A DNA stretch of 64,000 nucleotides from Macrostomum lignano (taxonomy: Eukaryota). The stretch covers positions 868,001 to 932,000 of the forward strand of contig NIVC01000114.1 of NCBI GenBank assembly GCA_002269645.1, in the 5' to 3' direction. Positions 1-12,900 of this stretch are shown piece by piece. A program made the translations under genes and the position numbers. Within the stretch, counting starts at the first letter, position 1, and each line of letters begins with the position of its first letter. Below the pieces are notes generated by a model that was not told the DNA's origin, ran no database searches, and worked only from the letters and a program-made list of their open reading frames with translations.

Positions 1-3000
1 CTGAAGCTCTCATTGAATGGCGAAGGCAGCGATGAGTTTCCATACAAATCCTGGTTGCTGCGCTCCACACAGGCGGCACCGAACTGGCACGGATTCAGCG
101 AGCAGTCCGGCACGTCATTGGAGCAGGTCTTTCCCGAGTAGCCGCTGAAGCAGCTGCAGCTGAAGTCTCTGAGCCCGTCAGTGCAGGTGGCGTTGTGGCT
201 GCACGGGTTGCTGGCGCAGTCGTCAATGCGGCTCTGGCAGTTCGGTCCGTTGAAGTCGGTGGCAGAGCAGTCGCAGGTGAACCTCCTGACACCATCGATG
301 CACCTGCCGCCGTGCTTGCACGGACTTGATGCGCAGTCATCGATCTTGGAGCTGCAGATGTCGCCTTGGAAGTCGACGCGAGAGCAGTCGCAGGTGAAAC
401 TGCATTTATTTCAGCATTTTAATGAGAGAAAATACAAAACGTACACAGAAAAATAAAACAAATTTTTCAAAATAAAAAATTGCTTAGTTCGGAATGAATC
501 ATCAACGAGGGAAAATAATAAGTATTAAATTTTTTTCGCATTTTGACACATTTTTTCCTCTACTAGAAGAGAATTAGCAAGTAGGATTGCTAATCAGAAG
601 AAAATAACGCTGTCAACATATCGGACTGTTGGAATATGATTTATCTGTCCATTAAATCTTGTTTTCAGTAGAAAAATTGAAGGAATTTATAACTTCAATA
701 GCATGCATATCGGGGAGGGTAGCAGATATTTTGTGCTTCAAAATTCTAAGTCAGGGTTATCTAAGTATTTTTTGGTTTGTTTTAAACATGATTTAGGTAA
801 CCCCTTCAATTTTAACCTTTCTTCTAAGTAAAATTCTCTAAAGATTTGTTTTAGAAGACTTTTGACTACTGAATCTTGGAAACATTTTGCTTTCAGCGAT
901 AAACAAAAAAAAGAAAGCTCTTTTTCTGATCAAGGGCCTGAAGGAAAGAGAAGCTTAACTCAAAGCAGAATTCGCTGAATGGCTTCACTGCAAAGCCCAG
1001 ATACTAGAATAACTAGATTGGCCACTCAGGCGTATATACTTAGTAAAACAGCCTTCTACTTTCAGTTCGGTAGCAAAGAAGAATGCAAAAGTGCATAAGC
1101 AATTTTTTATACAAATAAAGACAGCTGAAATGACTTTGATAAGCTTAGAAGCCCAAGCTTGCAGGTGTGAACAACTTGCTAATTGGTTCAGCAATAATGT
1201 ACATTAGCCGGTTGGTCCACAGTAATTTACATGGCAGCTTTAGGTTGGAATTCTGAGAAAGGCAATTAAAATTGGGGCGGGGCAGGGGGTTAAAGCTGGT
1301 GGGTAAGAGCTAATAAATAAGCCTTGGCTTTAAAAATACATTGCAATGCTTGTTTAACTTTCTACTGAACAGAAAGTAGCTTACACGCAAATGTGCAGAG
1401 TGGCTAATCTAGTTATTCTAGTATCAGATATCTGTGCTGCAAAGCGACGTCCGCAAGACAACGAAGGGATCAGACTCCCGGTGAATGGTAGGATTCGTTT
1501 GGCGAACGTATTTTTGAGTGACAGAGGCCTCAGCTTCTAATGATCAGGCACTGGGGATGTACTTACGCTCGTAGAAATAGATTTTCCAGTAGTGACGCAA
1601 GAGTTTAAAATTAAGCCAGTCTGTTGATGGGGGTAAAGCCTGGGAAGTTCTGAGTCGCTGGTGTTTGGTAACTTTATCTTCGGTACGAGCGTACGCACCA
1701 GCTCTGCGACTGCCCCACACCCCATACTGCTGTAATTGGCTGACCAGCCCCAAGCTATCTGCAACCAGCTGCGTGCAACCTCCTCTGACCTCCAATTGGC
1801 TATTGATTTTTTTCGCGTAAGTTTGAATTTGCTTGAGCTCGTGGGTCTTGATTCCCTAGGGCTAAAATTCAGTGGACTCAAATATAAGGAGATGTGTGTG
1901 CAACGGGCATTGGCTTTCGCTTCTAACCTGAAAATTAGCTCTCAATCTGCCCGTGTGTCCGCCTTTTTTTATTTCGTGGGTGAACCTACATACTGTACGG
2001 GATAATCGTAAAGACGGACTGATCACATCTCTTCAAGCGATCCCACGTTCAGAATTCGAAATCAGTCTGACTAGGGTGACTCCATCTTTACCCTCTAGAA
2101 TCCGCCCCTGGGTCTTTACCCTCTAGAATCCGCCCCATGGGTCTTTACCCTCTAGAATCCGCCCCATGGGTCTTTACCCTCTAGAATCCGCCCCTGGGTC
2201 TTAACTACATTACAAAATTTGTACTCCCGTTGTTGGCCCACCACCACCTTACTTTCCTTCGCTGCCAGTTTCCCTATATCTATTCTATTCGAAAGTTTAA
2301 ACTAATGTGCTGACTATCTAGAGTTTGTAAACAGCCACTTACACGATCAGTTCGTGTCTCATTACTAATTTGTCATTAAAGTTGGCAATTGAAGAAAGGA
2401 ATTCCCCCATTTTTAGTACAAAAAACTTCTGTGGGAGAAACAATGAAGTTACAATAAAGGTGCGGGCTGGATTATAATATTTAAAATTAAGGAAGCTCGC
2501 GGGCCGCATAGAAAGTCTTTGCAGGCCGGAGGTTGCCGACCCCTGGACTAGGCTGACTGACGCCATCAATTGCTCGTTGCTCTAAAGGTCTTGCAAAGAA
2601 CTGGGAAGCATACGATCGATTAAACGGCCGTGTCACAACACTAGATCTAGGCTTCGATCGCTCACAGTTCATGCGATATAATGAGTAATGACGGCTGCTC
2701 CAGCATGACGAGGCGTGATGGAGTGCTGTTAGCGCAGACCTGGCTCTGGTGGCAGCACGCTCGAAAGCATCAACTAAAATGATAAATGCGACGGCTTCGA
2801 AAAAGGAAACCACAGCCGAAGCCCTTTTTCGAATCCAATGTTCTTTACAGCTGCTTATATCCGCACTCTGGAGCCCGAGCCCAGGCCGAAAGGGTCAAAG
2901 TTTTGATATTTGGCACAGTAATCAAAGATTGCCATCAGGTCACCTTCAGCTTCCTCTGTCCCACAGGGGAGCTGCCCCCAAATGACCCGCACTCAAAAGA

Positions 3001-6000
3001 GTTGTCGATCAGTTGGAAGAGCTGGTTGACACTGATGCTAAAAAACGGATGGCGAGCTGCTAAGTTTAAAACTGAATTACAAGTATTTCTCTACATCTTG
3101 TTTGTTTTCTTGCAACAATAACTTGCTGGATGATAAGAAAGCTCTATTTAACTACGAGCTAAAATTTATTAGATTGTCTACATTACCTAAATGATAGACT
3201 GCACAATCTTTGCAATGCAGTGAAATCAATGGTATCTGAGGCTTTGCACATGCCAATTGCAGCTTCCCAATAGCTCTGAGCCACTCACGTGGAGTTTCCG
3301 TCGCTGCAGACGCCGCCGTTCTGACAGGGCCCTGACAGGCAGTAGTCAGTGTCCACTGAGCAGCTCCTGCCCTCCCAGCCTGTGAAGCAGCTGCAGCTGT
3401 AGTTTTTCACCAGGTCTGTGCACAGGCCGTTGGCGCAGGGCTTGCTGGCGCAGTCATCAATGTTTATCTCACAGTTGGTGCCTGTGAAGTTAAAAAGGAA
3501 TTTCAAAAATAGCAAAGAAATCATCTTTTTTTCGCTCTGCTATACAACACAAATTTTCTAATTGACTATTAAATTTCAAGCAGAGAAATATCAAATGCGC
3601 AGAACCACAAATAATTTCTTTTCGTGTTCCAGCCAGTGCAGAACGGAAAACGGAAACCTGAGCAATGTCACTCAAAACAGCCTCCGCATTGAATGCTTCT
3701 GGCAACCAGAGCACCGTGCGCTAAAAACATGTCTATCATACATGCATAGGCGTGCTAAAGACGAATAGCATTGTCTCAAACTGTAAAAAATTCTGAATGG
3801 AGGCAGAGCGATCAGCATCGATTTCTGGCCTGAAACATACTTCTTCCAAGGCTTGTGCGATGAATGGAAAGAGCTATCGAAACGTGACGATAGCGGGGTG
3901 GCGCCCACGACTCTTAGGTGGGCGCTTCTTTCTTTGAGGTGGGCGACCCTGTCTCTGATTTGGGCACCCCTGTCTCTGAGGTGGGCGCCCATGTCTCTGA
4001 TGTGGGCACCCCTGTCTCTGAGGTGGGCGCTCATGTCTCTGATGTGGGCACCCCTGTCTCTGAGGTGGGCGCCCCTGTCTCTGAGGTGGGCGCCCTGTCT
4101 CTGAGGTGGGCGCCCCTGTCTCTGAGGTGGGCGCCCTGTCTCTGAGGTGGGCGCCCCTGTCTCTGAGGTGGGCACCCCTGTCTCTGAGGTGGGCGCCCCT
4201 GTCTCTGAGGTGGGCGCCCCTGTCTCGGACGTAAGCGCCCCTGTCTCTGAGGTGGGCGCCCTGTCTCTGAGGTGGGCGCCCCTGTCTCTGAGGTGGGCGC
4301 CCTGTCTCTAAGGTGGGCGCCCCTGTCTCTGAGGTGGGCGCCCCTGTCTCTGAGGTGGGCACCCCTGTCTCTGAAGTGGGCGCCCCTGTCTCTGAGGTGG
4401 GCGTGTCTCTGAGGTGGGCACCCCTGTCTCTGAAGTAAGCGCCCCTGTCTCTGAGGTGGGCGTGTCTCTGAGGTGGGCACCCCTGTCTCTGAAGTAAGCG
4501 CCCCTGTCTCTGAGGTGGGCGTGTCTCTGAGGTGGGCACCCCTGTCTCTGAAGTAAGCGCCCCTGTCTCTGAGGTGGGCGCCCCTGTCTCTGAGGTGGGC
4601 GCCCCTGTCTCTGAGGTGGGCGCCCCGGTCTCTGAGGTGGGCGCCCCTTCTCTGAGGTGGCCGTTCCTGTCTCTGAGGTGGGCGCCCCTGTCTCTGAGGT
4701 TGGCGCCCCTGTCTCTGAGGTAGGCGCCCCTGTCTCTGAGGTGGGGGCCCCTGTCTCTGAGGTTGGCGCCCCTGTCTCTGAGGTTGGCGCCACTGTCTCT
4801 GAGGTTGGCGCCCCTGTCTCTGAGGTGGGCGCCCTAGCTTCAAGAAATTCCGAAGCCGGTGTTGCCATTTCTAAGAGGTGGCAAAAGTTGAGCTTTGTCA
4901 TTTAACGATATTGTTTAAATCTTTCCTTCAGTTTTTAAGCAGAAAATGTTTGGTAGGGCACAAATTTTTCCATCCCCCGTCTACCTCCGCCCTCTTTTTG
5001 CAGCCACTGAGTATTTGTAGCAATTCATTAGTTTGGCTTACATCTTTTTTGGCTGTGCATTTAGCCAAAAATGTAAACGAACAAAAGCAGAAAAGCAAAA
5101 GTTAGTAATCGAATAGATTTCTATCATAAATTCAATCTTGCAAGCAATTCTAAGGCGTTTCAATTTCAACTGGCTTTGCCCCACCTGATCACCCACCTGT
5201 GTAGCCGGGAACGCAGCTGCAGTGATACCAGGGGCTCGCGTCTGTGTTGCTGCAGGTGCCTCCGTTTTGGCAGGGATTGGTTCGTGTAGCGCCACCGTCC
5301 GAAGTTGTAGCACAGAAGTTTATTCTAACAGTACAATAAGTACCAACGTACGCCTCAGGACACAGACACGGAGGAGTGCTTGACGTCACAGCACCCGGCC
5401 AGCAAATCCCGCCATTCTTGCAGTCGCCCTCGCTGCAGGCGGCTCGCCTCGTCCGAACCAACGCGTTGGCATCCTCGTCTATGTCTAAAAAGCGTTCTTG
5501 AGTTTAAAATCAGATTGTTAGGATAGTTTTGGGTTATTAAAACATAAACTGTGAGCTCGTCCTAATTCTTTCACTACTTTAGCAAAATAATTAATGATAG
5601 ACGAAGCTCAGAGAGCTCTGTAAAGTCACCGTCATTTTGCTCAACCCTACCTTATAGCCTTGGAGCTGTACTTCAACTAAAGCTCCAATATGTTTTAGAA
5701 TAAATAATGTTTTTATATAAATAAAAATACAGCATATCAACTGATTTATGCTATCATTTTTTCACACTCATTTTAGAAACGCAGGCACTCATTTTAGCAA
5801 CAAGGGCACTCATTTTAGCAACAAGGGCACTCATTTTAGCAACAAGGGCACTCATTTTAGCAACAAGGGCACTCATTTTAGCAATGCAGGCACCCATTTT
5901 AGCAACTCAGGCACTCATTTTAGCCAATGCCGTTCACTTCTCTCAAGTTCGGATGCATTTAGAAAACTGGCATAGCAGACTCACCATCTGGAAGTCTGAC

Positions 6001-6078
6001 ATGCGAAACCGAAGCAGCCACAGCTTGGTGCACAAAAACGAGCAAAATCAGATGCTGCAGCCAACACCGCAGTCGCAT
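1..6078 (-). CDS. Crumbs-like EGF receptor, array copy 1 (5' part; continues beyond window start)
   Basis: Phase-compatible GT-AG exons: 6078-5985 (signal peptide MRLRCWLQHLILLVFVHQAVAASVSHVRLPD), 5484-5197 (..VRTRR-AACSEG, EGF), 3481-3289 (EGFs), 399-<1 (FTCDC..EGFs..CVERSNQDLYG, the ERSN..LY insert typical of Crumbs EGF arrays). Confidence 0.8.
1000..1425. mobile_element. Putative MITE with 28-bp terminal inverted repeats
   Basis: gatactagaataactagattggccactc (1000-1027) versus gagtggctaatctagttattctagtatc (1398-1425), one mismatch. Confidence 0.5.
2088..2201. repeat. ~30-bp tandem repeat tctttaccctctagaatccgcccc(a)tggg, about 4 units
   Basis: Direct inspection. Confidence 0.9.
3935..4832. 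repeat. GC-rich minisatellite, ~21-bp unit gaggtgggcgcccctgtctct (copy 1 intron)
   Basis: Tandem 17-21-bp variants; source of the spurious PTSETGA/HLRDRGA ORFs. Confidence 0.95.
5765..5925. repeat. 21-bp tandem repeat cactcattttagcaacaaggg
   Basis: About 8 units; same core as 52468-52745. Confidence 0.9.
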
Positions 6079-7339
6079 TCGATAAACCGATTTTAGCTGA
6101 TTGCAAAGCTGGGCCAAGGCTCGATTGGAAGTTTTACAGTTTGATATAACAGCATGCAAATATTTATGGGGCTAAATATAAACTCATCTTAACAACAAAT
6201 GCTACAAGAAGAAAGGAAGGCATGGTTTTGTACGAGCTAATTAAAATACTCGTAGCTAACGATCAGATAGCAGATCCCATTGCGTTTTAAACAAATCAAC
6301 ATATTTCCGGCTTTCCTGTATAAATCAAGAAATAAATCAAAGATCAAAGATTTAATCAAAGGTCAAAGATAGACATTCAAAATCGGTGGTCATTATCGGG
6401 GCTTCTTTACGTTTCTGAAGTGTTTTAAATTCTATAAACCCAAGCCAAACATACAGATTTAAATATTCTGTAAGCCTACGTTTCTTTAAATAGGTAGAAT
6501 TTCATTGCACAATGGAGCTCACAATGACTTTCAAGCACAACAATTACTGATTATTTTTACGGCTAAAATAAAAAATACAAAAGAAACTGTAATGAAGACT
6601 TAAAATACGAATTAGTTGCTTCCGATTCGTGCACACGAGCTTATATTTATTGTTGCTGATGTTGCTGTTGAACCGTGAGAAAAAAATCATGAAATAAATT
6701 TGTGTAATAATTATCAATGAATTTATACTTAAAGTATCTTGAATAAAAATATTCTCTAGGAGAATCAGGGATAATGATAAAAGTTATTGAGAGTTATTTA
6801 TCAGATAAGAATACTGGTACAGCGGTTCGACCAAAACAGAAAACAGGATAAAAATTATTAATCAAAACTGCAATACAATTTATCAAGATATTGGCAGCAA
6901 TGCTACTTGTCTAGAAGGCATAATAATATACTTTACTCAAAAATCGACCACGTGATAAAATTTTTTAATAAATGGCATTGTTTATTCCAATATTTACATT
7001 TACGAGTTCTCATGCATCTGCTTCGAGCGAGAACGCAGTATTAAAAATGACGTGTCGTCTTTCGATCCGAGGACCAAAATAAGGCTTCAGAGAAGTCACT
7101 AAATTGAACTACCAACCAGATGTGACCGAAACAACTTGGGTATTGTAGTATTAACACAATTATCATCCAACCTATTTACAATACGATCATAAGCTTACGG
7201 AGCAATTTGAACATAGCACGGAAATAGTACACCTATAAGAGTTTTGTTGCTTTTATTCTAACCTGTGATCTGTACAAAAGACACAGCTGTTTGAACCGTT
7301 AAACATCCTAGTTGGCTCCTACAGACTCTACACTCCCGA

Positions 7340-9607
7340 TAATAACAACAACAGAGTACGCTGTCAGTTCGCAAAAGCAGCGTCAGATGGCTCGCTTCGA
7401 AGCTTGGGCGCGAACAAAGGCCGCACCGCCGGCAGAGTCCGGGGCGCCGGCGTCAGCCAGCAGACAGTCGACGTAGCGCCGAGTCCTCGCCTGTCCCCGC
7501 CGGTAGGGTGCCTGCAACGTAAGTAGCAGCACCTCCTGCACCGGCTCCGGACAGTAGGCCTCGGCGCGGATGACGTGGCCTGCCAGCTGGAGTCGCCGAC
7601 GGCGCAGCAGATCGCTAGGACGGGCCAGGCCGGCGCGATGATAGAGCGCCGTGTTGGTGACTCGCTCGTTGCCGATCTTGAAGGCGGCGCGCAGCAGGCC
7701 AGCGTGCGCCGCGTCGACTTGAGCCTCGAGCGAGTCTGTCAGCGTCCAGGTCTCGGCGTTGTATAACAGGACGGTCTCGATCACCGCCTGGAACAGCGCC
7801 GCCCTCTGGCGGTCCGGTAGGGCCTCGGACTGCAGGACTGACCTTATAGAACGAAAGGCAGCCCAGGCAAGTCCTCGGCGACGCCGCAGATCCTCGCGGA
7901 CGTCGGGAACCAGACCGCCGAGGTAGACGAAATGCTGACATCTTGGAAGCTCACTCGCCTGTCCGTCAGCGCCTCGGCAGAAGATTGCAGCCTCGGTGTC
8001 GTCCGGCACGCATAGCACGACGGTCTTCTGCGTGTTGACCACCAGGCCGACGCTCGCCGCAACGGCAACCAGCCTATCCAGCTGTCGTTGGGCGCCCTCG
8101 ACGGTCGAGGACAGCAGGGCGAGGTCATCGGCGTAGCCAAGCACGCTGAGCCGTCTCTCCGGTTGGCGTCGACCCACGCGTCGCCGCAGCAGGAACCCGT
8201 CGTCGTTGGAAGGCAGAGCAGTCCGTAGCACCCAGTCAAGCACCAGAATAAATAGGAACGGCGCTAGCGTATCTCCCTGGAGCACCCCGGAGGATGTCTC
8301 GAAGAAATCCGATAGGCCGTCCGGTGTTGAGACAGCAGCCGTCGTGCCGTGGTACAGCGCCATGACAGCAGAAATCAGCAGCTCTGGCACGTTGTACGCA
8401 CGGAGCACCTCTGGGAGCGCGTCCCTCACGACCGAGTCGAAGGCCTTCCTGAAATCGACGAAGATTAGGATCAGGGTCAACTGGCGGATGCGCGCCTCCT
8501 CGATGACTCGCCGAAGAGCCAGGATCTGCGTCACTGTGCCGCGATGGGGCCGGAAACCGTTCTGCTCAGGCCGCAGGTACGGGTCCAGCACAGGCTGTAA
8601 CCGCGATAGCAGCATGCGGTTGAACAGCTTTGCGGCGCAGGACTGTAGGCAGATGCCTCGATGCTCCTCGAGCTTGGTGGTGCCCGGCTTCTTTGGAATG
8701 GCGACGATGTGCGCCGTGGTCCATTCGTTTGGCGCCACCTCACCGGAAAGCACGCGGTTCATCACTCTGGCGACCTCAGTGGCCACGCAGTGGATCCGCA
8801 GCGCCTCGGTGGGCACCTCGTCCGGACCAAGCGCTTTGCCGCCCGGTGACTGCCGAGCGAACTTCACAACGTCGGCTGTGCTGACTGGGGCAACGTTGAA
8901 GCTCTCCTCCGCCGGCAACGGCGTCTCCGGCGGCAGCCTCAGATTTTCTGGAAGCGGAGGGGGCGGCGCGTTGACAATGGCGGCGAAGAACTCGCGCAGC
9001 TCGTTCCTGCGCTCATCCGGAGTGTCGCCTGCCAGGTTGAGCGCGATGCGCCGCTTTCGCCCCGTTAGAGTGTTGATGACGGACCAGGCCACGCGCCCTC
9101 TGGCATCGGGCCCTGCGGCAGAGACGGCTTGGATGGCGTCATCGACAGCGGACTGCTGCCGCTGCAGGTAGACAGCCGCCAGAGCCTCCTCCGCCTCGCG
9201 AGTTTGCCGCTCACTCAGACGGAGCCTCTCCAGATCTTCCCTCGCTTCGTCGATCGCGGGGTCGTCCTGCCAGACCGGCTGCCCGCGCTGGGCCGGTCGC
9301 ATCAGCGGGACTGCTTGCTCCGCAGCGGCTCGAACTGCAGCGCTCACCTCCGCGTACTCGGCTCCTCCACGCTTGTCGCCCAGCGCAGTGACAAAGGCAC
9401 CGGCAAAGCGACGTCGCGTCTCGGCGTCCCTGAGCGCGCGGTAGTAGCGCCGCGGTGGCCGCTTTGGCGGACGGTAGAGCGGGTCCCGAAGCCGAAGGTC
9501 GCAGATGAGCAGCCGATGGTCGAACCGCAGAGCCAGCGGCGTAATGGTGCGGCAGTTGGTGACGCGGCGGCGCTCACGAAAGCGCACAAGCACGTGGTCG
9601 AGCTGTG
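7340..9607 (-). mobile_element. 5'-truncated non-LTR retrotransposon (APE-type, RTE-like)
   Basis: Intact RT ORF; 3' tail (TGT)n/TTA at 7340-7352; junction repeat ccga at 7336-7339 and 9608-9611; empty paralogous site at ~18259-18300. Confidence 0.9.
7383..9607 (-). CDS. Non-LTR ORF2 remnant: end of APE endonuclease plus full RT
   Basis: QLDHVLV..NCR..DHRLL (endonuclease C-terminus), GPDEVP, IPKK, QNGFR, FVDFRKAFDSV, GVLQGDTLAPFLF, YADD. No stops. Confidence 0.9.
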
Positions 9608-9994
9608 CCGAGTAAAACACAGGCATTCACATTCCACAGCTGTCAAAACATTATAACTATAATTTTTCAGTAGGCATATCGAAGAAATCATGAGATTGAT
9701 TTCCTTACAATCTTCAACCTACATAATCTAAGAAGGACTTCTTGACCGAGCTACTTTTTTGTACGAGAGACTGTAAAATACGATTCAAATCCAATAGAGG
9801 CAAACACGAACGCTTTAAAAGTGCAAAAAGTACATAATATTCGCATTATAAAAACCATCAGCTACTCAAAGAAGCCAGCACTGGAGTAAAAACAGACAAA
9901 AAACTCATCAATGTAACACCAAATGTTTCAACGCGACTTTTTTAATAAATATAAGACGTCTTCCGCAGAAAATCAGAAAAAAACTGTTCCATCC

Positions 9995-12900
9995 TCAGTG
10001 AAAGCCTTGATTAGCGTAAATGGCAGGTGCGAAATCCGAGTTCTCGTTTGCGTATTCGCAACCTGCGGCTTCAGCAATGGAATCCAGCTGGACTGGTGGA
10101 AGCGGCTGGTTCTGCCGATTCTTCTGAGGGGGGGGGGGGCAAGGAAAAGAAGATAGTGGAATATACTAGATACATGATACTGATATTCAATCATCATCCT
10201 TATCAACACTAAACATGAAAGGTGTCGATTAATTTCTGTTCAGAGTTAGAATTTTTAAGGTCTAGTTTTCTCGTTAATAATAATATGCCTTTTTGGTTTC
10301 AAAAGTTATATCAAATGTCAAGGGACGCGAATTGATATCTCACCACTGAAGCTTTGCAGAGTTCTTCAGTAGCTGAAGCATACTGATGCGCTGAGTCAGC
10401 ATCCTGCACCTTGGCATTCTGCGTGGGCACACAATATTTTGTATATTATTGAGAATTAAAACCCACATCTCAAAATGTGTATTTAAAATTTTCCACAGCG
10501 AAGCTTACACGTGATATTTCACGAGTTGCTGAAACTGTTGGTTCCGCATACTTGGCTGGCTTAGTGCGCGATAAATAGCCCTGAACAATGGCAAAACGAT
10601 TATTACAGTCACAGTTAATGCGTCATTGTCGAATATAGCACAATATTATAACAATCTCTGCACTTACAAAACGGATTAAAAGACCCACCACGGCGACAGC
10701 GAGCCCAGCTGTGACGACGCCAGTAAGTGCGCCGACAACTGCGCCTACAACTACTGAAGAGCTTCGGGATTCCTCAGGATCGGATGCATGCCTTGATTCT
10801 AAAAATATATAATTCATATTCAGTAAAACAACGCACTCGATAATATAAAATCAACTTACACAAACCGTATATTGAGACGACACTGCAAAACGTCTCACCA
10901 TAAGAATCAATACAGACGAATCCGGGAGCCAGATCATAGCTGAATGACCCATTGAAAGGCCAAGGCAGAAATCTCAACTTGTAGTTCGCTTGGTCGCTTC
11001 TCTCCAAACAGACTTCACCGCTCTTGCACGGATTCGGGCTGCAGTCGGGGTGATCAACCGAGCAGTTCACGCCCGAGTAGCCATTGTGGCATTTGCACCT
11101 GCGGAGTTGCCATAGACAATATGCACTACGGAACATGGCAGCAATCTGAATCACAAAAACTTCTCACTCATAGGAATTGTAGAAAACGTCCACGCATGTA
11201 GCTCCGTTTCTGCAAGGTGAAAACGTTTCGCACACCTCAGAAACAACTCCCAGTCGTACACCAGACGAATCGCTGGCTGCAATGGCCTGAGGAAGGCTTG
11301 CCAGCAAGCTGGGAGAGACAGGACGCAACATCAGCGGCTTCTCGCCGTTCAGTTTGGGGCCAGAAATGATGCCGCGGAAAGCTGTGTAGTTCGCTGGTAG
11401 AACTGAGGCCACTGCACTCGATAGGGTCGGCGCTGACCTCTTTGATCTACGGCTGCCGTGAGCTACAGGCAACAATGAGGAGTCTGGGGCTGCCCGAAGA
11501 CCGCTGAAGCCGCCGATGATGAGCTGGCCTGACAGCTGCGGCAGCGGACTCGCACTGCTCAGCGATGCCGACCTGACTGAAGATGACACTGACAGCGACA
11601 GTGAGCGACCCGATATCGACACGGAGATCTTCACTGAGACGAAGCTTCCATTGGCCACCGAGTCTGGGGACGTCAGCGCTGCGATGTGGGAGCCGTTGCT
11701 GTGCAGTAACTGGGCGGACAGACGGCCAGAGTGATCGATCTGAATAAATTTAAACAAATACTGACTTTACCAGATTTAACCGGATCTAGAAAAAAGCATT
11801 AAGGACACTGACCGTAGCGAGCAGTCTTGGAGTGGTCGCCGAGTCGCTCGGGTCGCCCAGCAGCAGCAGAAACGCTCCTCGAGACAAAGTCACCAGCCTC
11901 AGCTCAATCGTCCACGAGTCTCCGCCAGACACACTTGACGCATTTGGCAGAGAAGCGAAACTCGCAGACGATACAAGTCCGCTTATGCCGAACGAGTACT
12001 GTGGAAGCAGCACGGAGCAGTTTTTGCCTCCGAACTCAGCGGGGCAGCCGGTGCAGGCATAATTCGCTACCAGGTCCTTGCAGACGGCTCCGTTCTGACA
12101 CGGCTGTCCGAACCGCTCGCACTCGTTGGTGTCGACTGAACAGGTCGGGCCCTCGTAGCCGGGCAGGCAGTCGCAGGTGAAGCTCCTGACACCGTCGGTG
12201 CACCTGCCGCCGTGCTGGCACGGGCTCGACGCGCAGTCATCGATCCTGGAGCTGCAGGTGGCGCCTTGAAAGTCGACGCGAGAGCAGTCGCAGGTAAACC
12301 TGATTTTGGATTAAAAAAGGCAGTAATTTTTGAAACCGTAATGCTTGTGACGATGAAGTAAGAATCTAAAAAATTGCCTGTTTCATTGTTTGATAAACAC
12401 CTGTTTTAACTTTGCTTGACTATCAAGGGAATATAGTTGGTTTACAGTGTCTCTCTTTCCTAGGATTTTCGTAGATATTCCTTACGGAATTTTACAATCG
12501 TTTATGTTAAACGCATCAGTGAAAAAGCAAAAACAAGGGGCACTGAGACTTCACAATTTTACAATCAAGACGGGAGAAAAGGATTGAGTCTACAGAATTA
12601 TCTAATCGGATAATTCTGTTCAGGATATAATTATGCGTTACAACGCCGCCTTTCGAAACCGTTCTCAAAGGAGCCCTTCAGATGTTTTTTGAATCGAAAT
12701 CAGTCTCAAAAGAGTTTGCAAACAAGTTTATACCCTGACCTATCGATGTCACTTTAGTTGCTACCAAAACATTTCTTACAGCGTCAGACCCAAAAAAGTG
12801 ATTTAGTGGCAGGGGCTCGGGGAATCCGGATGCATTGGGAAGACAGCAAACTCGATATCCTAAATATTTCTAAAAACTGAAGTTGCTAGCTGACAAGAAA

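Noticed and set aside
1544-1795. ORF with ALPPSTDWL..RH motif reminiscent of some transposon proteins
   Set aside because: Too short and weak to call without a profile search.
3672-4905. Long PTSETGA/HLRDRGA/PPQRQGR ORFs (also 15429-16913, 30974-31829, 44910-45483)
   Set aside because: They are translations of an intronic minisatellite lacking stops in several frames; frames shift arbitrarily between paralogues.
9608-9626. MPVFYS as the LINE start codon
   Set aside because: This sequence is host flank also present at the empty site (~18277-18292); the element is truncated inside the endonuclease.
8206-9656. Plus-strand ORFs of 321 and 175 aa
   Set aside because: Antisense shadows of the GC-rich RT ORF.
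10209-10235. Alternative terminal exon KLIDTFHV* (PDZ-like end); in copy 3 it would read ~147 codons into the 2.25-kb insertion
   Set aside because: The exon at 10123-9995 has a better acceptor and is conserved in both copies; the short one is only a possible minor isoform.
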